A stretch of 64,000 nucleotides of DNA from an uncultured cyanobacterium (GCA_963719515.1 CAVRCJ010000005.1:64001-128000); one strand, 5' to 3'. Shown: positions 45,947 through 57,016, counted from the first letter of the stretch. The notes: generated by a model from the letters alone, not told the origin. Translations and numbers: made by a program.

Positions 45947-46360
45947 CTACCGTTTCCAGCGCATTGGACGATAGGTCTCCTGCTCCCCTGTTAAACAACG
46001 CACATACTCCCACACCTGCAGCTCAAAGATGCGCCAGTGGCTTACCTTGAGGCCGGTTTGTGGATGAAGGACTTCCTGAAGTAGGCGCTTCTCCCACACC
46101 GTCAAAAACCGCTTCAGTCCATCAGGATGTAGATAAACCCCGCCCCTGGCATCCGGTGGCGTAAAGTCCTCAGGCATCAGCGCCTTGGAGTTGACCACAT
46201 AAGCTACTATCGAATCCACCACTAACGCTCTGAACTCTTCGATCAGGTCAGATACCAGTGCGGGATGATTCTCGCGAGGCACATGCAAATTGCCAAAGTG
46301 TTCAGCCGCTTCAGCAGCAGCCGAGAATTATGCAGCTTCGCCTGCACGCTCGCTTGCAAA
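45947..46360 (-). pseudogene. cas1: cas1 remnant
   Basis: C-terminal HFGNLH...HPALVSDLIEEFR...VDS. An out-of-frame piece AKLHNSRLLLKRLN abuts it, implying an internal deletion. No N-terminus and no cas2 seen. Confidence 0.85.
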
Positions 46361-46551
46361 GACGTAGCTTTCATCGCGATCGCCCGCAACAGGCGTCATC
46401 TTTCCCGCACTGGGTGAGCAAGCCAACCCCACTGCGACAAGATTCAACATCACGTCAAGCTTGGGCAAGGCCAGCGTCAGCACCGCTCAAAGCCCGTAAA
46501 TTAAAGGGCACCTTACAGATGTACCTAAAATTACATCCGACATCAGATCCA

Positions 46552-47037
46552 ATGCCCACAATCAATTCAATCAGCACCACCCTCACCCCCGAAGACCAGC
46601 AGCAGATCGCCTCGGCCATTGCCACCATCCGAGAGCGGCTCCCCTTCCTGCTCAATCTCTCCCCCAGCCAGCGCCGAGAGCTGCCCAAAATGGGCGACAA
46701 AAGCCGCGCCTTCGTGCAAAACGCCCTCACCGTCGCCCGCCAAAACCCCAACATCTTGCCCCGCTCGTTCGACTTCGAGGAAATGGAGCGAGACGTTCAG
46801 CTGTTTGAGGCGATCGCGCCCCTGCTGCTCTCCGTCGCCCAACTGCACGAGCTGCTAGACGATACCCTGCTGGCGGTGGGCAGCGAGTCCTACACCGCAG
46901 CCCTCAAGGTCTACAACTACACCAAGGTCAGCGGCCAGATGGACGGCCTCGACGCTGCCATGCGGGAGATGGGCCAGCGGTTCACACGTTCTCCGAGGAC
47001 CAGCCCACAGGGGAGCGCACTCCCGCAAGAAGGCTAA
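46552..47037 (+). CDS. conserved hypothetical all-helical protein
   Basis: LPFL.NLSP..RR.LPKMGDKS.AFV...; strong codon bias. Confidence 0.7.
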   Translation: MPTINSISTTLTPEDQQQIASAIATIRERLPFLLNLSPSQRRELPKMGDKSRAFVQNALTVARQNPNILPRSFDFEEMERDVQLFEAIAPLLLSVAQLHELLDDTLLAVGSESYTAALKVYNYTKVSGQMDGLDAAMREMGQRFTRSPRTSPQGSALPQEG

Positions 47038-47112
47038 GCGTTCTGACCCAGGGTGCATGAATTGAATACCATCTGCGTCCCTGGAGCATTCTTGGGGCGC
47101 TTTTTAGTTATT

Positions 47113-47365
47113 AAGCTCGACGGGCGAGGCTCTAAGCTTGGTAGGCGAAGCTCTAGATTTGATAGGTGAGGCCCTGAGCTCGGCGAGTCGAGTTCCTGAG
47201 CTCGAAGGGTGAGGTTCGTGGCTTGACCTTCGAGGGTTTGGGCTCGGACTACAAAGCTCTGAGCTCGGCGAGCGGGGCTCAAAGCTCGGGCGGTGAAGTT
47301 CTCTGCCCGGACCGCGAAGTTCTAGGCTCGGCGAGTGGGGTTCAAAGTTTTGGGGATGAGGCTTG
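47113..47365. repeat. about 12 degenerate 21-nt tandem units
   Basis: Units such as AAGCTCGACGGGCGAGGCTCT, AAGCTTGGTAGGCGAAGCTCT and GAGCTCGGCGAGCGGGGCTCA. Confidence 0.65.
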
Positions 47366-47439
47366 GCGCTCCTTAAGAGACTTGGGCGGTTTTAAGACGA
47401 GCCTTGTGGCCCAGGTGCCCTTGCCCAAGTCCTGGAAAG

Positions 47440-47612
47440 CCCTCACCCCCGGCCCCTCTCCCAAATTTGGGAGAGAGGGGAGTTTGGTTCACTTAGTAGC
47501 CCGATTTCGAGGGACGGGACAGAGTCCCTCTCCGAAGCCTAGGAGACAAATTCTAGGCTCCTTCAGGTTCCCCTTCTCCCGAGTTCGGGAGAAGGGGCTA
47601 GGGGATGAGGGC
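47440..47612. repeat. inverted pair of REP-like GC hairpins
   Basis: CCCTCACCCCCGGCCCCTCTCCC-N-GGGAGAG and CCCTTCTCCC-N-GGGAGAAGGGGCTAGGGGATGAGGG. Confidence 0.75.
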
Positions 47613-47719
47613 CATCACGATTGGCAATGTGGATACCTTTAATTGCAGAAGCTGCCAAACGCCGGGAACCTTCAAGCCATGGCACTGGCCCTACAATTAA
47701 AATAGCGCTCTCGATTGCC

Positions 47720-48361
47720 GTGATTCTCCTCAACTATTCTACCACTGAGCTCAACTGCTCCGACTCGGAAGAGTATCGGATTTTGAGCGATGTCTCCTGG
47801 ACCCAATACCAGACGCTACTCAAAGAGCTAGCGAATACCGCCTACCGCGTCTCATATCTCAATGGCGTCTTAGAAGTTGTGGCCCCCAGCCGCCGCCACG
47901 AAAGCAGCAAAACCCGTATTGGCGACCTGCTGCTGATTTATTTTCTGGAAACCAATACGGAATACTTCCCCATGGGCTCGACGACGCTAAGGCAAGAGCA
48001 GCAGGCAGGTGGGGAACCGGATGAGAGCTACTGCATCGGTAGCGACAAGGCGGTCCCTGATCTGGCGATTGAGGTGATCGTCACCAGCGGCAGCATCAAC
48101 CGGCTGGCGCTCTATCAGCGCCTAGGCGTACGGGAAGTGTGGTTTTGGCAGGATGACGCATTCGCGCTGTATCACCAGCACCCAGGCGGGTTTGAGCAGT
48201 ACCCCGACACCTCTGGGTACGAGCCAGTGACGAGCAGCAGGCTACTGCCAGGCCTAGATATTGCCCTGCTAACGGCCTGCGTACGCAATCCAGGTCCGCT
48301 AGCGACAGTGAAGAAATTTCGGCAGCGGCTACAGGCAGACGAATCTCAAGATAAATCGTGA
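47720..48361 (+). CDS. Uma2 family endonuclease
   Basis: GSTTL, EPDESY, PDLAIEV, LGVREVWFW. Confidence 0.88.
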   Translation: MILLNYSTTELNCSDSEEYRILSDVSWTQYQTLLKELANTAYRVSYLNGVLEVVAPSRRHESSKTRIGDLLLIYFLETNTEYFPMGSTTLRQEQQAGGEPDESYCIGSDKAVPDLAIEVIVTSGSINRLALYQRLGVREVWFWQDDAFALYHQHPGGFEQYPDTSGYEPVTSSRLLPGLDIALLTACVRNPGPLATVKKFRQRLQADESQDKS

Positions 48362-49109
48362 GTGGTATGCCCCATCCCCAGCCGCGTTTCGCACCTGTGC
48401 CACAGAAGCTAGCGTAGCGCAGCAATAGATGGGCAACGTTAGCCAGCAGCGGGTCGGCTCGTGACAATACGCGAAGCGAAACGCTACCGGTAAACCCAGA
48501 AATACGGCTGCTGTGGACCTGAAACGATCGCGTCTGGATGCGGTGATGGGATAGGGCGATCGCTCCCCGAAGTAGCTCACCAAATCGTCCCCACCGAGGT
48601 AAACCGGCGCAAAGTGGTTCCAGCGCTCTAGCCAGCTGCGAAACATTAGGGTAGGCACAGGGAGCGGTAGGTAAAGTTTGCTTTGAGAAAAGGCCGTTGG
48701 TGTCGCAAATCTCAGGTCGAATTGCCGCACCGGGTCCGGCTCGCTAGCAACGTACTCGTGATACAGCGTCTCGTAGCTGGTGACTTCGTCCTCGCGGTTG
48801 ACGATGTTGAAGCGGGCTCCCAGGGACTGGAGCTGATCACCTAAGTCGAGGGAGGCGATGGCCTTGGATGAGGGCTCCTGTAAGCCGCTGAGGGAGAGCT
48901 GGTAGAGAGCTCGCCCGGCTAAAGGTGACGAACTCTTTAGACGTTCTGCAGTGGCCTAAAATTCCCGAAAAGGTAGTCGAGGGTGTAGCTTCGCTGCCCA
49001 TCTCAATTTGGAGCTGGGTATGGAGCAGTTTGGATAGTTCTAGACCGTAGGACTTGGGTAGGGAAACTGTGGTGTCGGTGGTCAGCGTCCAGGATGAGCG
49101 AATGAGCAT
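48346..49109 (-). pseudogene. cas6: Cas6 endoribonuclease, frameshifted in this sequence
   Basis: F.TPTAF, P.P.LMFRSWLERWN.F, Gly loop GTGAK|TRLGMG across a 1-nt gap in an A-run. Confidence 0.85.
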
Positions 49110-49111
49110 GG

Positions 49112-50387
49112 TTACACCGCCTTTAGCTCAATCCAGCCAGGAACGTATTTGATTTCCCCTCTAGAATTCATGATGGTTCGTCGGGATTTAGGCGCTTCAA
49201 AATCCGGTGCTTTGATGCCGCAGGCGTCGCGAATATCGCCTACTAGCTCATCTGGCATCAACAGATTGACCGTTGTGCCCCGAAAGCCGCTGCCCCAACC
49301 CAGCCGCAGCGTATGGGGGCAGACCTCCGGCTCGTAGATGTCTTGAATATCGCCAAAGTCCAGATTGCGTCCCTGAGCATTGGGGTTATTCTGCACCGCC
49401 GCCCAATAGTCGTGCTCAAAATCCCACTGGTCTTGGGCAAACTCGCGGCAGATTTGCAGTAGGTCATCCACGGATTGAAAGGGCAACTGCATCCCCGCAT
49501 TGTGGTGGAACCAGGACAGCATCCGTGGTCAATGCTGAGGGTGAATTCGGTCGGCACGTTGAACACCATCTGGCGTAGATGGAGGCGCGGTACTTGGCGC
49601 GGTAGTCCGGGAAACGGCTGGAGACGACGACTTCAGTCACCACTGGCAAATTTCTGAAGATGGGGCGCTTTCCCTGCGCTGCACCTTCTCCTCAATCAGC
49701 GGCTCCGTGTCTGATACTTGAATTGCCCGCATGATGTCGGTATTGGGTCCCTGCCGCGCTTTCACTTCCCGACCTGGTAGCGGAGGCCAAAGTTGGTAAA
49801 TAGCTCATCCATAAACGCCGCATCGTCAAAGAACTCGGCCTTGCGTCGCAGCTCTCCATCGATTTGCGGAGCCTGTCCTCAATGGCGCTCACGCGGTGTT
49901 GCTTAGGCACTTTGTAGCGGTCAGCGTGCTTCAGCAAGATGGTAGGCGATCGCCGTCCGCAGCGCCCCTTTAATAGAGGAGCCGGGAATGTAGTGGTGGT
50001 TGAACCCATTGCGAATCATGGGCCGTAAATCGGTGATGCGATCGTTGACCCAGTCCAGGCTGCGGGACTCTCTCGGGGAAAGAGAGGCTGTCCGTCTTCT
50101 GTAGTCATCCGCACCCAGTCATCCCCGAAGGCATCGTTTAGCAGGTCGCCGATCGACTCGCGATCTTCAATGCAATGCACATAGTCATTCAAAAAGCCCC
50201 GCTGCTTAAGGGCCTTTGCCAGCGCTTCTGAGTCCGGCAGATAGACAAATCGATTGGCCTGCACGTATTCGAACGGGTTGAGCCGCGAGACCGCTGAGCC
50301 GATGTGCAGGATTCGGCTGGTAAGACGAATCTGCTTAGTCTCGTAGATGCTGGGTTTGGGCAGCGGTGAGTTAGTTGCGGAGGTCAT
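49112..50387 (-). pseudogene. csm5: type III-A RAMP Csm5, frameshifted in this sequence
   Basis: LHIGS...LNPFEY, LRLGWGSGF.GTT, PKSRR, PGW. Confidence 0.85.
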
Positions 50388-50795
50388 ACCAGTTCTCTAT
50401 GCTGAGGTGGAGAAGCCTGCGTAATCGCTGATGTTTCGGGTAACTAGAATCAAGTTGTTCGTGTGGGCGATCGCAGCAATCTGTCCATCTACGAAGGGAG
50501 GTGTTGCCAAGCTCGCCCAGTCTCGCGCGCTCTGCGGCGTGCCATGTAGCACTTTCAGCGTCATATGATAGGAGTGGGACTGTCTTTCGAACGACGTTAG
50601 CTAGATAGGACTCAATCGCCTGCCGCTTTCGCGATTCCGCCAACCGTTGGCAACCGAACCACATTTCGTGCCAGACGACTGAAGCTGTGCTGACTTGCTC
50701 ACGGTAATGTTCTAATTGTTTCAGACACTGAGGCTGGTACGCTTCCGCACTGGCTCGGAGAGAATATTTGTATCTAAGAGGTAGCGTAAACTCAT
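50371..50795 (-). pseudogene. vapC: VapC/PIN toxin, frameshifted in this sequence
   Basis: MSLRYLLDTNILSE, then in another frame VVWHEMWFG...; ends IENW. Confidence 0.8.
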
Positions 50796-51069
50796 CGATC
50801 AACTTCTCGCCCTGGAGATGAATTGCTCAGCCCTTCAAACACGTCAGCCTCAATTCCCTCAGCTTCTATGTTAAATTCACGTCGAAACGCTGTTAGAGCA
50901 TCCCAGAAGTCAGGTTTGGATATTGTTAGTCGCTCATAATTCTGGCTAGAGACCAAGACCGCAACTCGTCTACCTGATTTCAAGATTTCAACTAGAGTGC
51001 CCTGTTCTACCTCAGCCATGATGTCGCTGAGCTGAGTTGGGCCTGCTCGATTGAATATTGACTGGGCAT
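50792..51069 (-). pseudogene. Phd/YefM antitoxin, one frameshift
   Basis: AGGAGG RBS; MPSQYSIEQA|LSDIMAEVEQG..VEI..SGRRVAVLVS...YERL. Confidence 0.78.
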
Positions 51070-51084
51070 GGTCCTCCTAATTGG

Positions 51085-52279
51085 CTAAGCCACTTCTTCC
51101 TTTAGCTGGACAGACAAACTCAGAGCAACCCCGCTGCGATAGACCGAATGTCGCAGGCCCGGGTGCGGGCCAATTCACCGCTGCCGTCATCGAATATCCG
51201 GGCGTCACGTCAGCCAGCCGCCCGACAGGCTGCTTCGGAAAGACCGACCCCTCGGTAAACATGCGAATCATTTGGCGGCGGAGTTGGCGACCAGAGGGGG
51301 AGGCAATCCAGCCGCCTCGATCTTGAACGCCGTAGCGAGCGCTCTCCCCCAGCCAGGTTCGATTTAGGCTCTTGTCCCAAAACAGGCTGATTAGGCCGTG
51401 ATGGTCACCCCCCTCAAAATTGCACCATTGCCGTCCAATCAGCAGGCAGCTCCTCCCACGCACACACCGTGAACCGGCCCGCCCCGCTAGAGCGCTCGCC
51501 CCCCACGCCCGTTTCGCCAAGCACCGTCAGCGTCTGGCGCAGCTCCTGCTCTAGCTCAGGTGCAGCCTCGGGAAGCTCTAGCAAGAAGTACAGCCCGGCT
51601 AATTGCTCGACATTTGGATCGCCCCAGTCCTCAGTGCTTCCGCGCCCCGGCTGCCAAGCGAACTGAATCAGCCCGGTGTGGTAGAGGTTTGTGGCGCGAG
51701 TGGTGCGATCGATGGCAACTTTGGGTAGGGTGTAGCGGGTGAAGGCATCGCCATAGCTAAACGTTTCTGCTTGGGCAAGGGCGGTGGGGAAAGCTCCACC
51801 ATCGGCTTTGCTTTCCTTAGTCTCGCGCTTTTTGAGTTCTTCCCCATCCTCAACCGCAAACCCATTGCCCTGGTACCAGCGCTGCCAAACTGACTTGGGC
51901 AGATAGGTCAGTTTTTTATAGGCCTTGGCAAAGCTCAAATCATCGTCGGGATCACACCAGGTGGACCTCCGGCTAGCTTGGGGAGGTAGTCAATGAAACC
52001 ATCTCCCTGGCGACGATAAACGAAGGTGGAGCTGAGGCGAAACAGGCGGAGCTGTGGAGGGACCTAAAAACTGCTATCGCCCAGCACTTCTACTTCGGGT
52101 TTATCGCCAACAGCATCCCCAGGTTGGTTGAAATAATCTCTGGCATAGGTGCTGATCAAGGCGCTAAACAACGTATCCGACTGCAGCCGCTCGGTAGTTT
52201 CTTCTAGGCCAATGCCCACTTGCCCAAAATGGGTTGGGCTGCGCCCAAAGTTGAGGCGCACTAGTCTCCATTCGCTCAT
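51085..52279 (-). pseudogene. csm4: type III-A RAMP Csm4, frameshifted in this sequence
   Basis: HFG..G.G, SDTLFSAL, GVGGERSSGAGRF, EGSVF, HSVYRSG. Confidence 0.88.
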
Positions 52280-52320
52280 GGCTGTCCTCTAGTTTTCCTC
52301 TGGCTTTCCTCTAGCTATTC

Positions 52321-53300
52321 TCAATCGCCACCGGGCAACAGTCGCTCAACCTCAACAGTTAGGTCGCCAAAGCGTTCTAGCAGCATAGTCGTATTGTCCA
52401 GCGTCAGAATCGGATCTGAAAAGTTAGCGCCAGCGGCTGTAATCTGCCGGTACTGCTCCACGCTGCGGTAGTAAAACTTGAAATTCTCAAACCGCACTTT
52501 GCCGTAGCCCCGCGACCCGTGGCCGCCTAGGGCGTCGTCTTCAAGGATAGCGAGGGCGATCGCAATGTTCTTGAGGTCTTCTACCGCCTGGGTTTTGTTT
52601 TCTACGGTGTAAACCAGCTCAAAATAAAGATCAGCACCAGCCGGGACGCGCTCACTCTGACGGGGGTTGGCGGCGGCGGTGATGCGATCGAGGCCGTTTT
52701 CGAATTTCCAGCTCAATTTCATAAAAACCAGGCCCGGTATCGATTTTTCTTCGAGCTGCTGGCAGACTGGGGCGAACAGTGGCATCGCGGCCATCCGTAA
52801 AGCCGGGCGTTAAGCCTTTTGGTGCGATTGTACTTTGCAACCATCAGATCGGTCGCAGAAATTAATGCGTCGATATCGTCAGCTAGTCCTGGTAAAGGGC
52901 GATCACCGGGCAGTCCAGGCGTTTTCCTCCCCCGTAGATCCAAACAGTTTTGGCTTTGCATTTATTGGCCGCCGATATCGCGCACATATTGACCATCGCC
53001 AATATCGGTGAAGCCATCCACTAGGTCATCGCTTTCGTAGCGATAGGTGCCGCTGCCGCCAGCGCGGTTGAGCGGCTTATTTAACAGCCGCTCCAAGGTC
53101 GCCCGCAGCTTGCCCTTAATCGAAGAACCTGGTAGATAAGGCTGCTGGGTGACCGGGTCGCGAATGACTGATTTATCTAGCCCGCCAATATCCAGCGTCT
53201 CGCCGCCGCCACCGATGTGGAGCCCTGTTTCTGCAGTCAAGGTACTCACCAGCCTTAGCTTTCCGAGCAGCGGCTTCTGGTCTCTGGTCACAACGGTCAT
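52321..53300 (-). pseudogene. csm3: type III-A backbone Csm3, frameshifted in this sequence
   Basis: TGLHIGG....IGGLD..VIRDP, PGSSIKGKLR, ANPRQ.ERVP, LGGHGSRGYG. Confidence 0.9.
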
Positions 53301-53302
53301 AA

Positions 53303-53821
53303 TTAGCGGCCTCCCGCAGCTTTGTGATAGGCAATGATAGATTCGATCATCTGAACCAGGCGCTCGAAGTCCTTGCGGTTATAGGTTTTGTTGATTGCCC
53401 GCTGACATCACGTTGCTGAGTGGCTGTCCAGCGTCTTGCCGGGCGGCGGCGTAGGCCAGCTTCGGGTTTAAGAAGGATGATATCAGACTCAATCTTGGCG
53501 AATAGTTCAGCGGCGCGGCGCTCTTTCTCCGCTTCAGACTGTATCTCTTCTTCAGGTACTACTGTATCGCCTTGGGCAAGCTGCGCTTTGAGGCGGTTGA
53601 TGGCATGCAAAAACTTGCGAATTTAGTTAGTCTCCGCACAGCCAGTTTTCGGAGAAATGGACCGAATGCTTCTGCGCATGCTCCACCGGGTACGATCCCA
53701 TAACCCGCCAAGCTATCCAACCCGTTGATTTCGTCAGTCATCTGTTTGGTAATGCTGACGAACCTGTATTCACTACGGCGCAGGGACGATTGGGTTTATC
53801 AATTATCTTGTTCTTGGCCAT
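53303..53821 (-). pseudogene. csm2: small subunit Csm2, frameshifted in this sequence
   Basis: IRKFL.AI, LLKP|KLAYAAAR, DFERLV..IESIIAYHK. Confidence 0.85.
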
Positions 53822-56174
53822 TGGTTTCTTTGGTTCCAGTTGAGCGGGTGAGTAAATCTAGCCAGGTGGCGATCGCCCGAAAATAGGGTGCGTTATAGGG
53901 GCTCTTTAGGGAGGTGCTAACAGCAGAAAATCCCTTTGTATTCTTCACCTCTTTCGAAACTCTAGCTAGGGTATAAGCCACGCGGGGCAGGTGAAGAAAA
54001 TAGCGAAGTGCCTTAACCTGCGTAGACTTCTCTTCCTTTGCCTGCTTAATCCACTGCTCTTGGAGCTGCGCTGTAGAGAGCAGATTGCGGACAAAGCTGC
54101 GGGAGTACTGGGTACCCAGCTCGTCTTTGAGCTGACGGACGAACGGCAGCACGCCAAATAGAGCTAACGTCGTATCCTTGCCGATGTACTCCTTCAGTTC
54201 GGCGTCAATCACCGCAATTTCAGAAGCTGCTTGGTCGCGGCATCCCAACCACTCCTCCCACTTAAAAACTTGGTCAAACAGCCCCAAGCTGTCGCGGCCA
54301 TTATCTTTACCCTGCTCCTCCGCATGGCCAGCATCCGCCGCCGACTGATACAGGGGATACTTAGGGCCGTTGAAGCTCACCCCCGCCGAAAGTGTAATGT
54401 CGGGGTGCCAGCCGGTGAAGGCGCGAAAGCTCTGGTACACGTCAAAGGCAAATTCTACGATTTGGTCCCAAGGACCGCTGACAAACAGGTCGTCGCCACC
54501 AGCATAGATAAACAGTAAGTCTTGGCGAAGGTCATCAGTTAAGCTCTGAAACGGCTGCTGGGATCTGTGGCCCAGGAAATCGCGATCGCGGTGTGCTGCC
54601 AGGCTGTTGAGGTAGACCTTAAAGAAGTAGCTCATCTGACGGGACAGGCTGGCGATTCGTAATAGGTTGGGGCAGGTCAACCCCCGAGCGAAGAGCTGCC
54701 CCAGGCGATCCACATCCATCCGCAGGTGCCCTACCCGCTGAATACCCTGCGATCGCTCTGCCATCTTGGAAGCGGGGAGAAACTGCTTTCGCGTTTGCCC
54801 TCTCTCATTCTCAAACTCGGATTTCTGACCGTAGTTGCCGAGCGGCAGCAGCGTTGGATTACGAAATCTCCTGACCTGATAGTCGCTAATTTTCCAGTTA
54901 TTAATGAGGAATGTGGTCTCCACCGGCACCTCAGAGACAACATTCGTGGCCTCGAAAAGACGGTAATAAACCGCTCGCTGCCCAACTTGGATTTTGAGCT
55001 CTTTGCCATCGTACTTATGCTCCGGTTTGTGCATCCTTGAAGGCTCGTAGGAGCGGGTCATAGAGCCAACATCGGGCAGTTCGCTACCAAGGCTGAACAT
55101 CTTGCGGCAGGTGGGGCACGCCTCCGGGCCTTCTTGGTCGAGGGTGTTGAGCGGCCCTAGCTCGTCTGTGTCGTCCCGGTGGCAGACTTTACAGGGTTCG
55201 TAGGCATGATGCAGTGCCAGTAGGTCGCCAATTTGGCTGTCGAACTTACGCTGCTTTTGAGCCGATAGCCGCTTATTGATAGTGGTCCAATCGTTCGCAA
55301 AGCCTTCTTGTCCCAAGGCGTTGATGTCAACCTCGACCTGATCCAAGCAGAGAAAGACCTTTCCCTGAAACTCCCTTCGTAGCCAGCCATTCACCTCTTC
55401 TCTGAGCTGAGCGATCGCCCCCTGAGTCTTCTCCCCAGCCGGGGCGATCAGATACAGCTTGCTGGCCCCCGTGTAGATAAGGCTGGTGCGCGGCAGCTGT
55501 AATCGCTCCAAAAGCTGCTGCACCACCTCTTCCGCCACCAGCTCCAGGTAAAAGCTGCGGGCACGGAGAGATTTAAGCGCCCCATCGGAAGCGATGGTGT
55601 ATATAAAGTCCTGCACGCCAGAGAGGTCACCGCCAATGAGCGCGACCGTGTTGACCTGCTTATCTCCAGCCTCTGATGCCTCGATAGCGGTGGCGATCGC
55701 TGCAGTTGATTTTGCTAAGTCAAATAGAGAAATATCGGCATCACCGTAGCTGAGGCAGCCGCCAAACTTCTCCACGATGAGCGACAGCGAGGGAAGATTC
55801 TGCCAGTCGTCTGAGTTGAAGCCGGTTAGGTCAGCGCTGATGCTCTTTTTGAGTAGTTCAGCATCAGGTATTGCTTCGACAGGATATGGAATGGGCGGGG
55901 TGTCATCGGCGATCGCTGACATGGGCTGGTAGTGATGTCCTCGTGACCCTTGAGCGAGGTGAATTGAGTCAAAAATGGAGCGCAGCGGCTTGAGCTCGGT
56001 GGCGTTTGCCCAAGCCGGTAAGCTTGCTTTAGAACGGATAACCGTTGTCGTGTCTTCTGGCGTGAAAGCTACAAGAGCAGATAAACCGGCGAAATCTGCT
56101 AGACGCTCTACCGCCTGCTGAAAGATAACGAGAGCTGGGTCAGGAGTTGTCATTGCGCTGCTGCCGCCCTTCAT
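53799..56174 (-). CDS. cas10: Cas10/Csm1 large subunit
   Basis: GDLSGVQDFIY, LRARSFYL, CxxC pairs, MDVD.LG, YAGGDDL. No HD motif visible at the N-terminus. Confidence 0.95.
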   Translation of the reverse strand: MKGGSSAMTTPDPALVIFQQAVERLADFAGLSALVAFTPEDTTTVIRSKASLPAWANATELKPLRSIFDSIHLAQGSRGHHYQPMSAIADDTPPIPYPVEAIPDAELLKKSISADLTGFNSDDWQNLPSLSLIVEKFGGCLSYGDADISLFDLAKSTAAIATAIEASEAGDKQVNTVALIGGDLSGVQDFIYTIASDGALKSLRARSFYLELVAEEVVQQLLERLQLPRTSLIYTGASKLYLIAPAGEKTQGAIAQLREEVNGWLRREFQGKVFLCLDQVEVDINALGQEGFANDWTTINKRLSAQKQRKFDSQIGDLLALHHAYEPCKVCHRDDTDELGPLNTLDQEGPEACPTCRKMFSLGSELPDVGSMTRSYEPSRMHKPEHKYDGKELKIQVGQRAVYYRLFEATNVVSEVPVETTFLINNWKISDYQVRRFRNPTLLPLGNYGQKSEFENERGQTRKQFLPASKMAERSQGIQRVGHLRMDVDRLGQLFARGLTCPNLLRIASLSRQMSYFFKVYLNSLAAHRDRDFLGHRSQQPFQSLTDDLRQDLLFIYAGGDDLFVSGPWDQIVEFAFDVYQSFRAFTGWHPDITLSAGVSFNGPKYPLYQSAADAGHAEEQGKDNGRDSLGLFDQVFKWEEWLGCRDQAASEIAVIDAELKEYIGKDTTLALFGVLPFVRQLKDELGTQYSRSFVRNLLSTAQLQEQWIKQAKEEKSTQVKALRYFLHLPRVAYTLARVSKEVKNTKGFSAVSTSLKSPYNAPYFRAIATWLDLLTRSTGTKETNGQEQDN

Positions 56175-56399
56175 GAAGACCTCGCGTCGAGTTCTGCGGC
56201 ATGTCTTGGCGCGAAGGGGGGCTAATCACAACTTCAAGCGCTTTCGATACTAGCCGTAGTCCGCATATACCTTAACTAATGGTCTTGGCTCGCGGCAACG
56301 TTTTGTTTGCTATGAAATCTTAATATTTCCTGTAAGTCGCCCAGTGAGGGAGCATGTCACTTTTGAGCCCAGTCTAAAGAGAAGCCGCTAGCGTCTACA

Positions 56400-56490
56400 C
56401 CCTAAATCCCTCTCCCAATCCTGGGAGAGGAACTTGGATATCTTGCTCTCCTTCTCCCAATTTTGGGAGAAGGGGTTGGGGGATGAGGGC
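56400..56490. repeat. REP-like hairpin doublet
   Basis: CCCTCTCCCA-N-TGGGAGAGG and CCTTCTCCCAA-N-TTGGGAGAAGGGGTTGGGGGATGAGGG. Confidence 0.75.
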
Positions 56491-56520
56491 CGCTTGCCGC
56501 TCACGCGAACCTGTCTAGCA

Positions 56521-56892
56521 TCAGAGAATCGCCCGATAAATTTCCTCCAAAACAACGTTTAAGCTGCCTAGAATAGCTTCGTTTGTAAATCGTAAAACCT
56601 GGTAGCTATACTTCTCTAATTCTTCAGTTCTGTAGGCATCGTAGTCTTCGCGCTGCGCATGAATACCCCCATCAATTTCAATCACAAGCTTCTCAGAAGG
56701 GCAGTAGAAATCTAGGATAAATCGGCCAACCGGATGCTGCCTACGAAAGCGCAAGCCATTCAGCTTTCGGTTCCGCAACGCTTGCCATAGCCTGACCTCT
56801 GCGGGGGTAGAGCGTTTGCGCAGTTGCCGCGCGGCTTGGTCAATGTTCGGGGTGGTTCCTCGGATTCTGGGATGCTTTTGCTGTGACGCCAT
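56521..56892 (-). CDS. DUF559 (Vsr-like) endonuclease
   Basis: ARQLRK..TPAE..LW..LR, FRRQHP, DFYC....L.IEIDG..H, LRF.N. Confidence 0.92.
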   Translation of the reverse strand: MASQQKHPRIRGTTPNIDQAARQLRKRSTPAEVRLWQALRNRKLNGLRFRRQHPVGRFILDFYCPSEKLVIEIDGGIHAQREDYDAYRTEELEKYSYQVLRFTNEAILGSLNVVLEEIYRAIL

Positions 56893-57016
56893 TGTTCTAG
56901 GGCGATCGCTTTTGAAAAGGATTCCCGGATTTGGCCCTCTCCCCCGGCCCCTCTCAACTGTGCATAGCCCTCACCCCCGGCCCCTCTCCCAATTCTGGGC
57001 GAGGGGAGTCCGGATA

